A stretch of DNA of 64,000 nucleotides from Eledone cirrhosa (taxonomy: Eukaryota), in NCBI GenBank assembly GCA_964016885.1, contig OZ024747.1:23746001-23810000 (forward strand), written 5' to 3'. A model generated the notes under the pieces. The model did no database searches, was not told the origin of the DNA, and saw only the letters and a program-made list of their open reading frames with translations. Of the stretch, positions 1 through 13,020 are shown piece by piece. Every line of letters starts with the position of its first letter. Positions within the stretch are counted from its first letter, which is position 1. Made by a program: the position numbers and the translations under genes.

Positions 1-934
1 TGTGTTTTAATAGCTGTCACACAAAATAGTAATAACTACCACCCACTTCCCTACTTTAGTCTGACTATAGTCTTCATACTATTCTGGTATTAATTATATA
101 GTTTATTAAAATAGAATATCATGAAATTTGATTTTAAAAAAACCTGTATTGTTTAGTATAACAGTAGAGCAAACAATGTTTTATTAAATTCCTAATTTAA
201 GTGATAAACACCTTTAACAAATAATTAACTTTTTTATATTACAAAAACTATTTCTATGTGAACAATATTATGTAAAAACATTCCTAATGTTTTGTATGAT
301 ATTTGAATAGAAACCGTTATATAGTTTTCTATAGCTTAGACTTTTAAAACAAACTACTTTAATCTATAACACAGATTACACACAAATTCATACACACACC
401 CACGTGTGTGCACATACATCACACATGTACACAAACTCAAACACAAACACACACCACATACAAGTTCACACACATACATACACACACTATAAATATCATA
501 ACAGCACACTTCTATTTTCAGTTAAGTATCAGATCACCCAAAAGTCAGTTAGCATTTAAACCGTCCGTATCTGGCCAGAATTCTCGCACCTCTTTCTGTT
601 CAAACCAGCCATAACTGGCCGCTCATACTGTCATTAAGGTATTGTTCTCAAAATAAATAACATCAAAATCTTCTAGATTCAATATTATGCGAGATAATTA
701 TGTGAAGGAAGGCCTTTACCACAAAAATACAATAGTATATATATAGTAATGTAAATGCTAAAGGGTTAAAAATTAATAAATTACTGAATACCATTCAGCT
801 TGTAGGCTTAGTGACGTGTGATTCTTTATTGTACATTATATAACTGTGTGCACTGGAAATCTGTCAATCCTACTTTCATCATGGATTTGCTTCAAATGAG
901 GATTGGCCTGAGAAAAAATATCTATTAGATTAAC

Positions 935-1235
935 ATTTGACATGTGGTACCTCTGTTGGTTCCAACGAGTGTTCCGATTGTTTGAACAATAGAACCTCCT
1001 TCTTGAGAAATTATGTAAGTGGCTGAGCATTCCACAGATATGCATTGTTAATGTAGTTAGTACTCAGGGTAATTCGACATGACACAGTGAGTGACAATGC
1101 TGGGCCTTTAAAATACAAATAACTTATTTTTGACAGCTGAGTGGACTGGAGCAAGGTGAAATAAAGTGTTGTGCTCAGACATCAAACTCACGATCTTACA
1201 ACCAGGAACTGACCACCCTAACCACTAAGCCACTA
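935..1235 (-). mobile_element. Older CORE-type SINE with a different tail (copies ~16420..16720, ~17560..17960, ~21340..21660; another tail type ~14990..15250)
   Basis: Same tRNA-like head and CORE-like segment; shared tail segment TGGAATGCTCAGCCACTT. Confidence 0.7.
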
Positions 1236-1271
1236 GTGGTGGTGATAATGATGATGATATATTTGTATATA

Positions 1272-1574
1272 CAGTTATCCCCTGGTATTTGCGGAGGTTA
1301 CGTTCCTAGAGAACCGACGAAGAGTGAAAAACCACGAATATTCTATGTAGTCCATAAAAATGCCTATAAACGTCAAAATATAATGTAAAATATAATAAAA
1401 AAAGAGGGAGCATCTTTTGCGCAGGGGCGTCCATAGGCTGGCAAATACGGTATATTGTTATTAATAATTGACTGTTAAAAATATATATATTGCCAATAAA
1501 AATCTATTAAAAAAATCGTGGAAGATATTTATGATCCTGGGAATAACCAGGACCGAGAATACTGGGATACACTG
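1272..1574. mobile_element. Tc1/pogo (Tigger-like) MITE
   Basis: TA-CAGT.ATCCC...GGGATACACTG-TA. Confidence 0.55.
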
Positions 1575-3214
1575 TACTTCATTATCATCATTTTACATTT
1601 GTACACACAGCAACAGAGAACACAAACTATCTTTGTTGTGAGCAATTCATACTTGGCCACCTTCTCCAGCTGAGAAGCCACAGCTGTGCATAGTGTAAGG
1701 AGAGGGTTAAGGTACCATAAAAGCTGTTAGTCTAAGGTTGTCAGGAATAAGAAGTAGTCTTTGACATGTAAACAAAAGTCAGTCTGGGGTGTCTGGGAAT
1801 GTGGGTTTTTTTATGTTGTATGTTAATTTAGCTACCAAGGGAACATACCTTCATAGGCAAATCTGCCTAAGTTGTTAAGATTGGTGAGAGGATCATCAAG
1901 TGAAGTAGCTGTTGTATTCAATAGAGTGTAAAATAGACATCGTGAAAGAATAAAAATAATTTAAATAACATATTAAATAATTAAATAAATAAGTTAAATT
2001 TTGGCTCAGTCAGAAAAATAGTATTACTTAATTTGACCTACTTAATGAAAAAGGAAACAATACATATAAACCAGTATTTTATGCAACATGTAACATGTGT
2101 TATGATTGTGATAACAATAGACAAATCTTTACTAATCAAAATCTGTCTCAGTTGCTATGAAGCAAGCTGAATGAGTAACCTATAAAGAATTTTGTTTTTG
2201 ACTTGTGATAGAGATTGTGATCATGATTATGATGATTTTACGTGTTTTTTTTTTTGTTTTTTTTCGTGTTGACATAGGTTAGATGAACCTCATAGTGTCT
2301 TGCTATTTGCTATGATCCTTCCTCTGAACCATGGCGCTTTGTTCTGCCACTGTATGGGCTTTTCAAACAGTGGATACATTTTATGCCACAAAGAAGACAC
2401 TTCTCTGGGAAGAATGAGTGTTTGATGATGTTGCTAGATAGACTGGGAGTGGTGAGGCTGAGGAAAAACTTATAATTTTGATAAGATAAAGAAAAGCTTC
2501 TACAGAGCAAAACATATAGCCATATATTTTAATATAATACATTTTATATGTAGGAAGGGCATCCAGCCATAGAAGCCAAGCCAAAACAAAATGTATGCAT
2601 GACTCTGGACACATCCTTGGGTGAGACAGCAAGCCACCACTTGTTCTGGGAGATGATCTTCTGGTTTATACAGATGTATACCGCATCTCATTCTCATAGG
2701 AAGCTGACTAAATCTGGGTATGAGCTGTAATAAAATCATCTTTTCATTCATCATTGGCAGTATCGTAGTTACGTCCCTTTCTATTCTGAGTTCAAATCTC
2801 GTTGAGATTAACTTTGCCTTTCATCCTTACAGGGCCGATAAAATAAAATACCAGTAATGTACTGGTTAATTTCTGGCCTTGTGCCAAAAGTAGAAACAAT
2901 TATTAAACATTAATAAGCGGGTGATGAATTGGCAAATACATTAGAGCGTTGGACAAAATGCTTTGCAGCATTTGTTCTGAATCTTGACATTCTCAGTGGA
3001 AATCCCAACTGAAGCCAACTTTGCCTTTTATCCTTCAGAGGTCACTAAAATAAAGTACCAGTCAGCAACATCCCCTTCCCCACAAATTTGCTGGCTTGTG
3101 CCAAAATTAGAAACCATTTCTAATTTAGACAATTTAGGCACAAGCCAACAATTTTAGGTGAAAGGGAATGTCAATTAAATTGACCCAGTGCATTACTGGT
3201 GCTTTACATTACAG

Positions 3215-3698
3215 CAAGGGTCGACAACCCTTGGCCTGCGAGCCACATGCGGCCCGCAAAGTATTTTTGTCCAGCTTGCCAACAGGCTTCAATCTTAGGC
3301 TAAGCGATCCCTAAAAAAGTGCTCTGAATTATTTTGGATTAGAATACCGACCAGAGAACACATCTAGCCACAAGACTCACTTAGCTGAATGTAATTTTTT
3401 GCATGACAGTAACAAATAATCAAACTCAGGCAGATAGTATCTCATTAAACAATTTACCATTTCTGCCTGTAATTACAGTAAGAAATGTCATTAAAGTAAT
3501 ATCACATAAAATTCATTGTTCTTCTTTAAATCCCAGGATTAAGGTAGCCTTCTGGACAGAGCAGTCTGAAGTTGAGCAAATTTATTATATTTTGATATCA
3601 TGGCCTGCCGACGGGACACTGCATAGCTATGTGGCCTGCCAAAGGGACACAGCATATAACAATGTGGCCCACACACCCCAAAAGGTTGCTGATCCCTG
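3215..3698. mobile_element. Old hAT (Charlie-like) element
   Basis: CAAGGGTCGACAACC ... GGTTGCTGATCCCTG termini with GGCCC subterminal motifs. Confidence 0.65.
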
Positions 3699-3924
3699 CC
3701 TTACAGGATCAATAAAATAAAGCACCATTAATGCGCTGGGGTCGATTTAATCGACATTCCCCTTCCCTAAAATTGTTGGCCTTGTGCCTAAATCAGAAAC
3801 CATTATTAATCATTGAAAATAAGATTTGTTTATTTCAGGAAAGATGGTTGTATTCCTATTTAAAGAATAGAAGATCACTTCATAAATGTTACCATTTTAA
3901 TGTGGCAAAGAATATAGAGGCAAG

Positions 3925-3969
3925 ATGTTGGCAAAATATGCATTATTTGTTAACAGCATTTTGGTGCTT
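3925..3969 (+). CDS. Tetraspanin (TspanC8-like), coding exon 1: MLAKYALFVNSILVL
   Basis: ATG at 3925 with an in-frame TAA at 3898-3900 upstream. The KY..F.N pattern is typical of tetraspanin TM1. Ends at a GTAAGT donor (3970), phase 0, and joins in frame to 13678. Confidence 0.8.
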
Positions 3970-4064
3970 GTAAGTATTGTAATTCTTTCTTATGATTAAT
4001 TGAGTTGTCCTCATGTATTACTCTACTGTATTTTCGGAACACCTTTGGTCATTCAGATAACAGA

Positions 4065-4335
4065 AACTATTGAGCATTTGAAGGAGCTTATATCCTGTGG
4101 GCTCTTGCTACTTATTGTACCTGTGCATCAGCCACATATAAAACCTATGTCCTTTGATAGCCTGTCTGTGATCCCACTACATCTCTTGTGTACCCATAGC
4201 TTGCATTTGGGGCATAGGATGGAATTTCTACCTTCTCCTTTCCTGCACACTGAGCAAGGCCATTTCACTGAGGGAATCTGAACCCTGTTTTCCTTTCTAC
4301 ATGCTAGGACTTTAATTTTTGACAAGTAAACTTTA
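4065..4335 (-). mobile_element. RTE fragment (PHD-finger region)
   Basis: WPCSVCRKGEGRNSILCPKCKLWVHKRCSG in ORF 4128..4325. Confidence 0.85.
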
Positions 4336-4372
4336 ATGTATGTATCTATCTATCTATATCTATATCTATCTA

Positions 4373-4416
<44 letters not shown>

Positions 4417-4455
4417 GACACATATATATATATATATACATACATATATATATGC

Positions 4456-4486
<31 letters not shown>

Positions 4487-4707
4487 GAAACACACAGATA
4501 CATGCGGACACACACATATATACATGAATGCATCCGCACCCAACTGTGAGTTAAGGGTGCCAACTTCACCGATGTTGCTCAATGAATGACTGGGACAGAC
4601 CAATTCAGTTTGAACCAGTATCAGAGTTAAAAATACATTATGAAGAGAGAAGAAACATTTAGATATAATTAGTAATAAAATGTATCATACCTAAACTGTT
4701 CCTAAAT

Positions 4708-4795
4708 TCCTCGACTACGTAGTTTCGTGGCATAAACAAAAACAATATATCAAAGATATAGAGTCCTTGCGAGGCCTGCCGACCCACCAAGAGGA
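4708..4795 (-). ncRNA. Hammerhead scaffold with mutated core, in a pLTR-like fragment (~4625..4968) next to (TA)n
   Basis: TCCTC-TTGGTGG-[GTCGGCA...TGCCAC]-GAA-ACTACGTAGT-C-GAGGA. All three stems are present; the core differs from CTGATGA at three positions. Confidence 0.5.
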
Positions 4796-4965
4796 CACCT
4801 CATTTCACTAGTCTCAAGAACGCGTCTACACGACGTGAGAAAGAATCCCAAAAGGCGGAGGGGGAGACAGTCACGCGATATAACGGTCGAGAAACAGAGC
4901 CAAGCCTCTTATAACCACGAAGAAAATACCACGGAGGCGGAGGGGGTATTCATATCGAGGCCGTA

Positions 4966-5009
<44 letters not shown>

Positions 5010-5012
<3 letters not shown>

Positions 5013-5370
5013 TTTTGTTCAACTTAAGGCAAGATTGGTCAGGTGACCGTGTCTCAATGTACAGAACTGTTCCTGGCAGGTTTTCTACATGACCACTTTA
5101 CAGTGTGGACTGTATATTGTGTGGGGAGTATATTGGGTTAAGAGGTGCCTACTGACTGTAGGTTTAAGATTGTATTCTAGGGAAGGTGGGTCTTCTGTAC
5201 AACTGCATAGCACCAAAGATCTCGATCCAGTGACATTGTCTTAGAGATATGTAAGGGAGCAAATTCAGTTTTTATCACCTCATCCCAGGTTTTTCTTGGT
5301 CTACCCACTCCGTAGCTTCCATCAATTTTGATCACTCTGCACTTTTTTATACCGCTGTTGTCCTTCATAT
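5010..5370 (-). mobile_element. RTE fragment (C-terminus and part of 3' UTR)
   Basis: GVGRPRKTWDEVIK...DRDLW in ORF 5177..5368. Confidence 0.85.
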
Positions 5371-5684
5371 GCAGAGATAATATAGGCCCACTGCCATTAC
5401 TAAATAGGTCACTTAGGTAATAAAAGCTGTCAACTACATTCTAGCATTTAAAAGAATTTATTTCATGTATACATACAAAAAAGAAAATTGATTTCACAAA
5501 ATACTATATTATCAATAGACATCATTCTCATAGAACAACAACAAGAAAAACAGGACAAAAATTACCAGGTTACTTACTTTTCGTTACCTCATCTTACAGT
5601 CCATTTTGCATTGTTTAGCCTTCTATCTCTTTCAACGTTATATATATTATACACAATGCTTCAAGCAAACAACATTTTATTATA

Positions 5685-8016
5685 TCTATATATCTAAAAC
5701 AGAGAATGTCTGTCTGTATGTCTGCTGTCTGCATTACAACATTATGACGCGGTGCGTGTGTGTATATATGTATATCTAGTGTGTGTGTATATATATATAG
5801 TAGTAACATTTTTCGAAATATTTACTTCTGTGTTCAGAGATTGATTTTTTTAGTTTCAGAAGATGCCATTAAGGGTGAAAGCAGCGATTCTTTGCTTAAA
5901 CTTTAATCTGTTATTTTAATAAATATATATATATATATATAATTATATATTCGTGTACAGATATTTTTGCATACACAATAACAAAATATAAACAAAAGTA
6001 TTTATTTCGCGATAAAGTATTGATTTTCTTCACACGGAAAAAAAACCCTGGTAATCTATGCCAAATTTTTTTTATAAGCACAAAATGTAGACACCATCCT
6101 GAGGCCGAGGTATTCCATACTTCTCTGTACTGTTCATTATCATCTTCGTTTAACGTCCATTTTCCACGCTAGATGGGAGTTGTCCCACTTGAGGCAAGGC
6201 TGGTCGGGTGACCGTGTCTCGCTCATATAGGACTATCTGGCAGGTTTTCTACAGCTGGATGCCCTTCCTAACACCAACCACATTTACAGTGTGGAACTGG
6301 GAACTTTTTACCGTGTTACCTACACGGCCACATTACAGCATGAACTGTGTGTGTTTTTTGTCATGACACCTACACGATCTCGATCTCATTTTCTCGTGCT
6401 GTTGGTGGGAGTGGGAGGATAGGGTAGGGGTAGTGGATTGGGGTGTATATTTGGTTAAGAGGTCCCTACTGACTGTAGGTTTCGCATATACATAGGCAAG
6501 GCGGGTCTTCTGTATTACTGCGTAGCGCCAAAGATCTCGGTCCAGAGACATTGTCTTAGAGAGATAAGTTGCTCCATAACTACCATCAATTTTGATCACC
6601 CTGCGCTTTTTTATGCAGCTGTCGTCTTTCATGCGCATCACGTGACCATACCAACATTGTCTTCTTTCAAGTAAACAGCATCTGATCCCTCTTATTCCTA
6701 ATTTCTCACTTAGTTCATTTATGCTTTGCCATTCATGTATATTACTATTACACATCCAACGGAGCATGCATGCTTCGTTCCTTTCCAGTCTACGCAGGTC
6801 CTCTGCACGTAATGCCCATGTCTCACTGCCATGTAGCATTGCTGTTCGTATACAGGCATCATACAATCTGCCTTTCATTTTTAGAGAGAAACTTTTTGTG
6901 GCCAACAGCGGTATAAGCTCTCTGAACTTTTTCCATCCCGTTCTGACTCTGGCTACTGTACTTTCAGAACACCCTCCACCACTGCTGATTTTGTCATCCA
7001 GGTAACGGAAAGTGTCCTCTATTTCTATAGAACCATCTGGGCAATAGAAGGGGCTAGTATCCTTTGGACACTTGCTACTTATTGCACCTGAGCATTGGCC
7101 ACATATAAAGTCTACGTTCTTAGATAGTTTACCTGTGATCCCACTACATCTTTTATGTACCCATACTTTGCATTTGGGACATAAAATGGAATTTCTGCAT
7201 ACTTCTTTCCTACACACTGAGCATGGCCATATTCCCTGAGGGCACCTGTGCCCTATTTTCCTTTCTACAAACTAGAACTTTAGTCTTAGACAAGTTAACT
7301 TTAAGGCCTCTTGATTCTAGGCCATGCTTCCATGTTTTGAATTTCTTCTCTAGTTCAGCCATTGATTCAGCTATGAGCGTTAGATCATCTGCGTATAGGA
7401 GTTCCCATGGGCAGCTGGTCTTGAACTCCTCTGTTATAGCCTGAAGGGCAATAATAAATAAGAGGGGGCTAAGGACAGAGTCTTGATGAATGCCAACTTT
7501 TACACTAAATTCTTCACAATATTCATTGTTAATTCTAACCTTACTGACTGTTTCATTATACATAGCTTGTATAGCCCTCACAAGCCATTCATCTACACCT
7601 AGTTTTCTAAGAGCCCACCAGATAATGGAGCGGGGGGACTCTGTCAAAAGCTTTCTCCAGGTCTACAAAAGCTAAGTAGAGGGGTTTACTTTTAGCTAGG
7701 TACTTCTCTTGTAGTTGTCGTACAAGGAAAAGAGCATCTGTGGTTCATGACACAAACCAAACTGCATTTCATTTAGATCAATTCGCTCTCTGATTAGTTG
7801 CGCTATAACTCTTTCTGTGACCTTCATGATCTGGTCAACTAACTTAATGCCTCTATAGTTTCCCCTATCTAGAGCATCCCCTTTCCCCTTGTAGCAGTTA
7901 ATGATGATGCTGCTACGCCAGTCTTTCGGTATGACCCCATTCTGTATTACTTGGTTAACTAGTGTGTCCATAGTGTGTCCCACCATACCAGATGCCTTCA
8001 ACATCTCAGAGCATGT

Positions 8017-8050
<34 letters not shown>

Positions 8051-8200
8051 ATTATATATTCATGTACAGATATTTTTGCATACACAATAACAAAATATAA
8101 ACAAACGTATATATTTCACGAGGCTCGATAAGGATAAATATATATCAAATATATAAGAACCCTAGAGCAAATTCTGAGGAACGCCGGGCCATTCTGCTAG
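5685..8200 (+). mobile_element. Helitron-like element interrupted by the RTE copy at 6136..8012; internal sequence recurs as a tandem pair at ~48141..48693
   Basis: 5' TCTATATATCTAAAA...(TGTC)n at 5685 and 3' GAACGCCGGG...CTAG-T at 8200; ~80-bp duplication on both sides of the RTE. Confidence 0.55.
6136..8012 (-). mobile_element. Older degenerate RTE LINE copy (frameshifted RT, PHD, 3' tail)
   Basis: ORFs 6333..7217, 7210..7647 and 7696..8085 align to the 780-aa ORF; YADD present. Confidence 0.9.
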
Positions 8201-8789
8201 TATATATATATAAGAGATGTCAACATGAATGGACCTGTTATTTTTGTCTAAAGATATTTTTTCCAATTCCAACCCGCCCGTCCCTTCAATCTATCTTATT
8301 TCTCATTCCTTCTATTTCAAGCGTTAACCTAATATATTTCTTCCATATACTGAACTGATTGTGTTGTTATTTCTGTTTACTTTTACATACATACATATAT
8401 ATATCATCATCATCATCATTTTTACGTCCTCTTTTCCCTGCTTGCAAGGGTGGGACGGGAATTGATTCTGGCTTGATTTCTACTCATTTACAGTGAGTGC
8501 TGGGTGCTTTTTTTTCCGTGGCGCCTACATGTCCACTTTACAGTGTGGGCTGGGTGCTTTTTTGCCGTGGCACCTCCACAGCCACTTTGCAGTGGAATGA
8601 TAGGGACCCAGTCCTATCATCTCATTTCTACAGCTGAGTAAACTGGAGCAATGTGAAATAAAATGTCTTGTTCAAGGAAACAACACATCACGGTCTGAGA
8701 ATTGAACTCACAACCTTTCGATTGTAAGGCCAATGCTCTAACCACTAAGCCATGTGCCTCCATATATATATATTTTTATTTTTATATAT

Positions 8790-9107
8790 ATCATCATCAT
8801 CATCATCATCATCATCATTTTACGTCCGCTTTTCCCTGCTTGCAAGGGTGGGACAGGTCTTATTCAGCACAGCATCTCTCCACTCGTCACGGTCCTTCGT
8901 CATCTCCACCGTGAGCTTCAATGATCTGAGGTCTGTTCTCACCACCTCCGCCCATGTTTTTCGTGGTCTACCTCTACCACGTCTTCCTTCAACTGGCATT
9001 TCCTGACACTTCTTCACCCATCGGTCATCCTCCATGCGCATCACATGTCCATACCACCTCAGTCTCCTCTCCCGTACACTACATTCTATCCCTCTCAGAC
9101 ACAGTTT
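8790..9107 (-). mobile_element. RTE LINE family B, 3' end
   Basis: RERRLRWYGHVMR...GRGRPRKTW running directly into the tail CCCACCCTTGCAAGCAGGGAAAAGCGGACGTAAA(ATG)n. Confidence 0.9.
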
Positions 9108-11758
9108 CATATCATCATCATCATCATCATCACCGTTTTACGTCCGTTCTTCCACGCTAGCATGGGTTAGACGGGTTGTCCTGTTGTGGGCAGTGTCTGG
9201 TCGGCTGACCATGCCTTGCTCATACAGGAACTGATCTGGCTTGATTTCTACAGCTGGATGCCCTTCCTAACACCAACCTCATTTACAGTGAGTGCTGGGT
9301 GCTTTTTCGTGGCGCCTACACGTCCACTTTACAGTGTGGGCTGGGTGCTTTTTTGCCGTGGCACCTCCACGACCACCTTGCGGTGGGGGGGGGGGGCATA
9401 TTGTTTATATGCTTCAGCATGTACCCATGGGAGGTCGGGTACCCTGTATTACTGCGTGACGCCAGAAGTCACGGTCGTGTGTCATTGACTTTGAGAGGTG
9501 TAGTTGGGTAAGGTCGGCTTTTATCACCTCATCCCAAGTCATCTTGGGTCTCCCCACTCCGCGGTTTCCATCAACTTCTAGTGCTCTGCACCTTTTTATG
9601 CAGCTGTCATCCTTCATACGCATCACATGTCCATACCAGCGTAACCGCCTCTCCTGCACGCAGCATTTGATTCCTCTTATGCTCAGTCTCTCTCTCAATT
9701 CATTTATGCTTTGTCGTTCACGTATATTACTGTTACACATCCATCGGAGCATGCAGGCTTCGTTTCTCTCTAATCTACGTAAGTCTTCCACCTTCAGCGC
9801 CCAGGTCTCACTACCATGCAACATCGCTGTTCGGATACACGCATCATACAGTCTGCCTTTCATTCTGAGGGAGAAGCCTTTTGCAGCTAGCAGTGGTAGT
9901 AGTTCCCTAAACTTCTTCCATCCCGTTCTTACCCTAGTTATTGTACTTTCTGAGCACCCACCTCCGTTGCTAATTCGGTCACCTAGGTAGCAGAAGCTGT
10001 CTACTGTTTCTACAGGGCCCTCCCAGAGATTGGTGGTACTTGTTTCCTGTGGCTGTTTGCTTGCTGTTTCAGCACAGCTGCTGCATGTGAATCCTACATT
10101 CTTAATTAAGCTTCCTGAGATCCCGCTACATCTCTTGTGTACCCATTGTTTGCATTTGGGGCAAAGAATGGAGTTCCTACCTACACCTTTCCTACATACT
10201 GAGCAAGGCCATTTCCCTGAGGGGATCTGGGTTCTGTTTTCTCGTCTACTTATAAGGACCTTAGTCTTTGTCATGTTGACTTTGAGGCCCTTTCTCTCTA
10301 GTCCCTGCTTCCAGGTTTGGAATTTATTCTCTAGTTCTACCATAGATTCAGCTATGAGTGCGAGGTCATCAGCATACAGGAGTTCCCATGGGCATCCGGT
10401 CTTAAACTCCTCCGTTATTGCCTGCAGGACTATGATGAACAGGAGAGGGCTAAGAACAGAGCCCTGGTGGACCCCAACCTGTACGCTAAATTCCTCGCTA
10501 TACTCATTGCCAATCCTAACTTTGCTGACTGCTCCCCTATACATGGCTTGTACCACTTTCACAAGCCATTCATCTACTCCTAGTTTTCTAAGAGCCCACC
10601 AGATTACTGCACGTGGAACTCTGTCAAAGGCTTTCTCAAGGTCGACAAATGCCAAGTAGAGTGGCTTACTTTTAGCTAGGTACTTTTCCTGTAATTGCCT
10701 CACAAGGAAGAGCGCATCAGTGGTGCCTTTCCCTGGAACAAACCCAAATTGCATCTCGTCTATATTCACCCGGTCCCTAATCAGCTGTGCTATAACTCTT
10801 TCTGTTACTTTCATGACCTGGTCCATCAACTTTATACCTCTATAGTTTCCTCTATCTAGTGCATCGCCTTTACCTTTGTAGCAGTTGACAATGATGCTAC
10901 TGCACCAATCTTTTGGTATGGCCCCCTCTAGTATTACCTGGTTAACGATACGTGTGGTTATAGTGTGACCTACAGACCCAGATGCCTTCAGCATCTCGGC
11001 AGCTATACCCGATGGACCGGTTGCCTTCCCTATCTTCATATCTCTGATTGCCTTACTTACTACGCTGCCGCTGACTTGTACTGCTGGTCCCTCTATAGGG
11101 TCTACGTGGGGTAGGGTCTCTTCTTCCCATGCATTCTCCTCATTTAGTAATCTATCATAATGACTCTTCCATGCATCTTTCTTCTCAGCACTTGTGAGGG
11201 CAAGCTCACCTTTATCATTCCGGATACACTTCTCTCCAATGACATCACAACTATCTCTGACACACTGCCTCGCAATCTTGAATACCTCCTGTTTCTGGTC
11301 CTCACGTTGTAAAACATGCTTGAATTTTCTATCCTCTGCTTCCCTCCTAGCTAAGTATACTTGTCGCCTAGCTTCCCTCTTGGTCTCTATGTAATGTACC
11401 CTGCTCCCCCCGTTCTTCCATTCTTTCCATGCCTGTCTCTTGGCCTTGACTGCTTCATCTACCTTATTGTTCCACCACCAAGTCACTCTCCTCCTGCTTG
11501 AGGTCTTACTCCAGCCACAAACCTCATCCGTCGCCTCTAGTAAGTTATTTTTTAGGAACTCCCAGTTCTCTTCTACGTTAAATGTCTCTATCTGTTCTTC
11601 TTTACTGTCGTAGGCGTTGAGTAAAATATCTTTAAATCTGTTACTGGTTGAGGGGACTTTCAGCTTCCAGATCTTTCTTCTCCAGGTTGGCCTCTGTTTC
11701 AGGGCTCGTCTAGTTCTGACCGTGAGGTCGCTGACAACTAAGCTATGTTGGGACAACT
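9108..11758 (-). mobile_element. RTE-clade LINE, family A, 5'-truncated, with uninterrupted RT ORF (9414..11756), 3' UTR and (ATG)n tail; antisense in tetraspanin intron 1
   Basis: RT motifs NYRGIKL, QFGF, FVDLEKAFD, GVHQGSVLSP, YADD, F.YLG, and the RTE C-terminus RLRWYGHVMR...GRPK.TW. Only the last residues of the APE domain remain. Confidence 0.95.
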
Positions 11759-11761
11759 AAG

Positions 11762-11826
<65 letters not shown>

Positions 11827-11829
<3 letters not shown>

Positions 11830-12171
11830 AGGCACATGGCTTAGTGGTTAGAGCATTGGCCTTGCAATCGAAAGGTTGTGAGTTTTTTTCTCAGACCGGG
11901 TGGTGTGTTGTTTCCTTGAGCAAGACACTTTATTTCACATTGCTCCAGTTTACTCAGCTGTAGAAATGAGATGATAGGGACTGAGGTCCTTATCATTCCA
12001 CTGCAAAGTGGTCGTGTAGGTGCCACGGCAAAAAAGCACCCAGCACTCACTGTAAATGAGGTTGGTGTTAGGAAGGCATCCAGCTGTAGAAATCAAGCCA
12101 GAATCAGTTCCCGTCCCACCCTTGCAAGCAGGGAAAAGTGAACGTAAAATGAAATGATGATGATGATGATG
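11827..12171 (+). mobile_element. tRNA-headed CORE-type SINE with RTE-derived tail (other copies: 8404..8762 -, 46894..47279 +, 47682..48047 -, 50359..50693 -)
   Basis: A-box TGGCTTAGTGG, CORE-like CCTTGAGCAAGACACTT...CAGTTTACTCAGCTGTAGAAATG, 3' half shared with RTE UTRs, (ATG)n tail. Confidence 0.85.
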
Positions 12172-12306
12172 ATATATATGTATGCAAATGCAAAAGATAT
12201 TGTTGACAATTAGTCTTTTACCTTAGATTTATTTAAATGTCCTTAATTTTCAAGATAATATCTCTTCTTCGGAGGGAAGTAAAGCAGTTAAACCAGTGTT
12301 CTAAAA

Positions 12307-13020
12307 ACTCATAGCTGAATCGATGGCTGAACTAGAGAAGAAATTCCAAACATGGAAGCATGGCCTAGAATCAAAAGGCCTTAAAGTTAACTTGGCTAAG
12401 ACTAAAGTTGTAGTATGTAGGAAGGAAAATAGGGCACTGGTCTCCTCTGGGAAATGGCCATGCTCAGTGTGTAGGAAAGGAGTAGGCAGAAATTCCATTT
12501 TATGTCCCAAATACAAAGTATGGGTGCATAAAAGATGTAGTGGTATCACAGGTAAGCTAACTAAGAACATAGATTTTATATGTGGCCGGTGCCCAGGTGC
12601 AATAAGTAACAAGTGCCCACAGGATACAGTGTAGGGCATCTAGCCGTAAAAAACCTGCCAGATACAGTCCTATACGAGTGAGACAGTCACCTGATCAATC
12701 TTGCCTCAAGTGGGACAATTCCCATCTAACCCATGCTAGCATGGAAGATAAACGATGATGCTGATGATGATGATGATACATATATATACATATATATATA
12801 TATATATATGGACACACAAGAGATATAATGGGATTGCAGGCAGGTTAACTGTAATTATAGACTTTATATGAAGCAGCTGCACTAAGAGCACATTTGAAAT
12901 ACAAAAGACCCATCCTCCCATACATGCGTTGTGAAATTGTGACATAAAAAATAAATTTAGGGTCAACCCATCCTAACCATGCTAGTGTGGAAGATGGACG
13001 TTAAATGATAATGATGATAA
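12307..13020 (+). mobile_element. Two internally deleted RTE remnants (12307..12775; ~12809..13020), PHD region joined to 3' tail
   Basis: ORF 12323..12634 is followed directly by GGGCATCTAGCCGTAAAAAACC and the CCCATGCTAGCATGGAAGA (GAT)n tail. The second, more decayed remnant has the same layout. Confidence 0.75.

Noticed and set aside
9544-11394. Plus-strand ORFs over the RTE (also 31199..33050, 39533..40530)
   Set aside because: Antisense shadows of the RT ORF.
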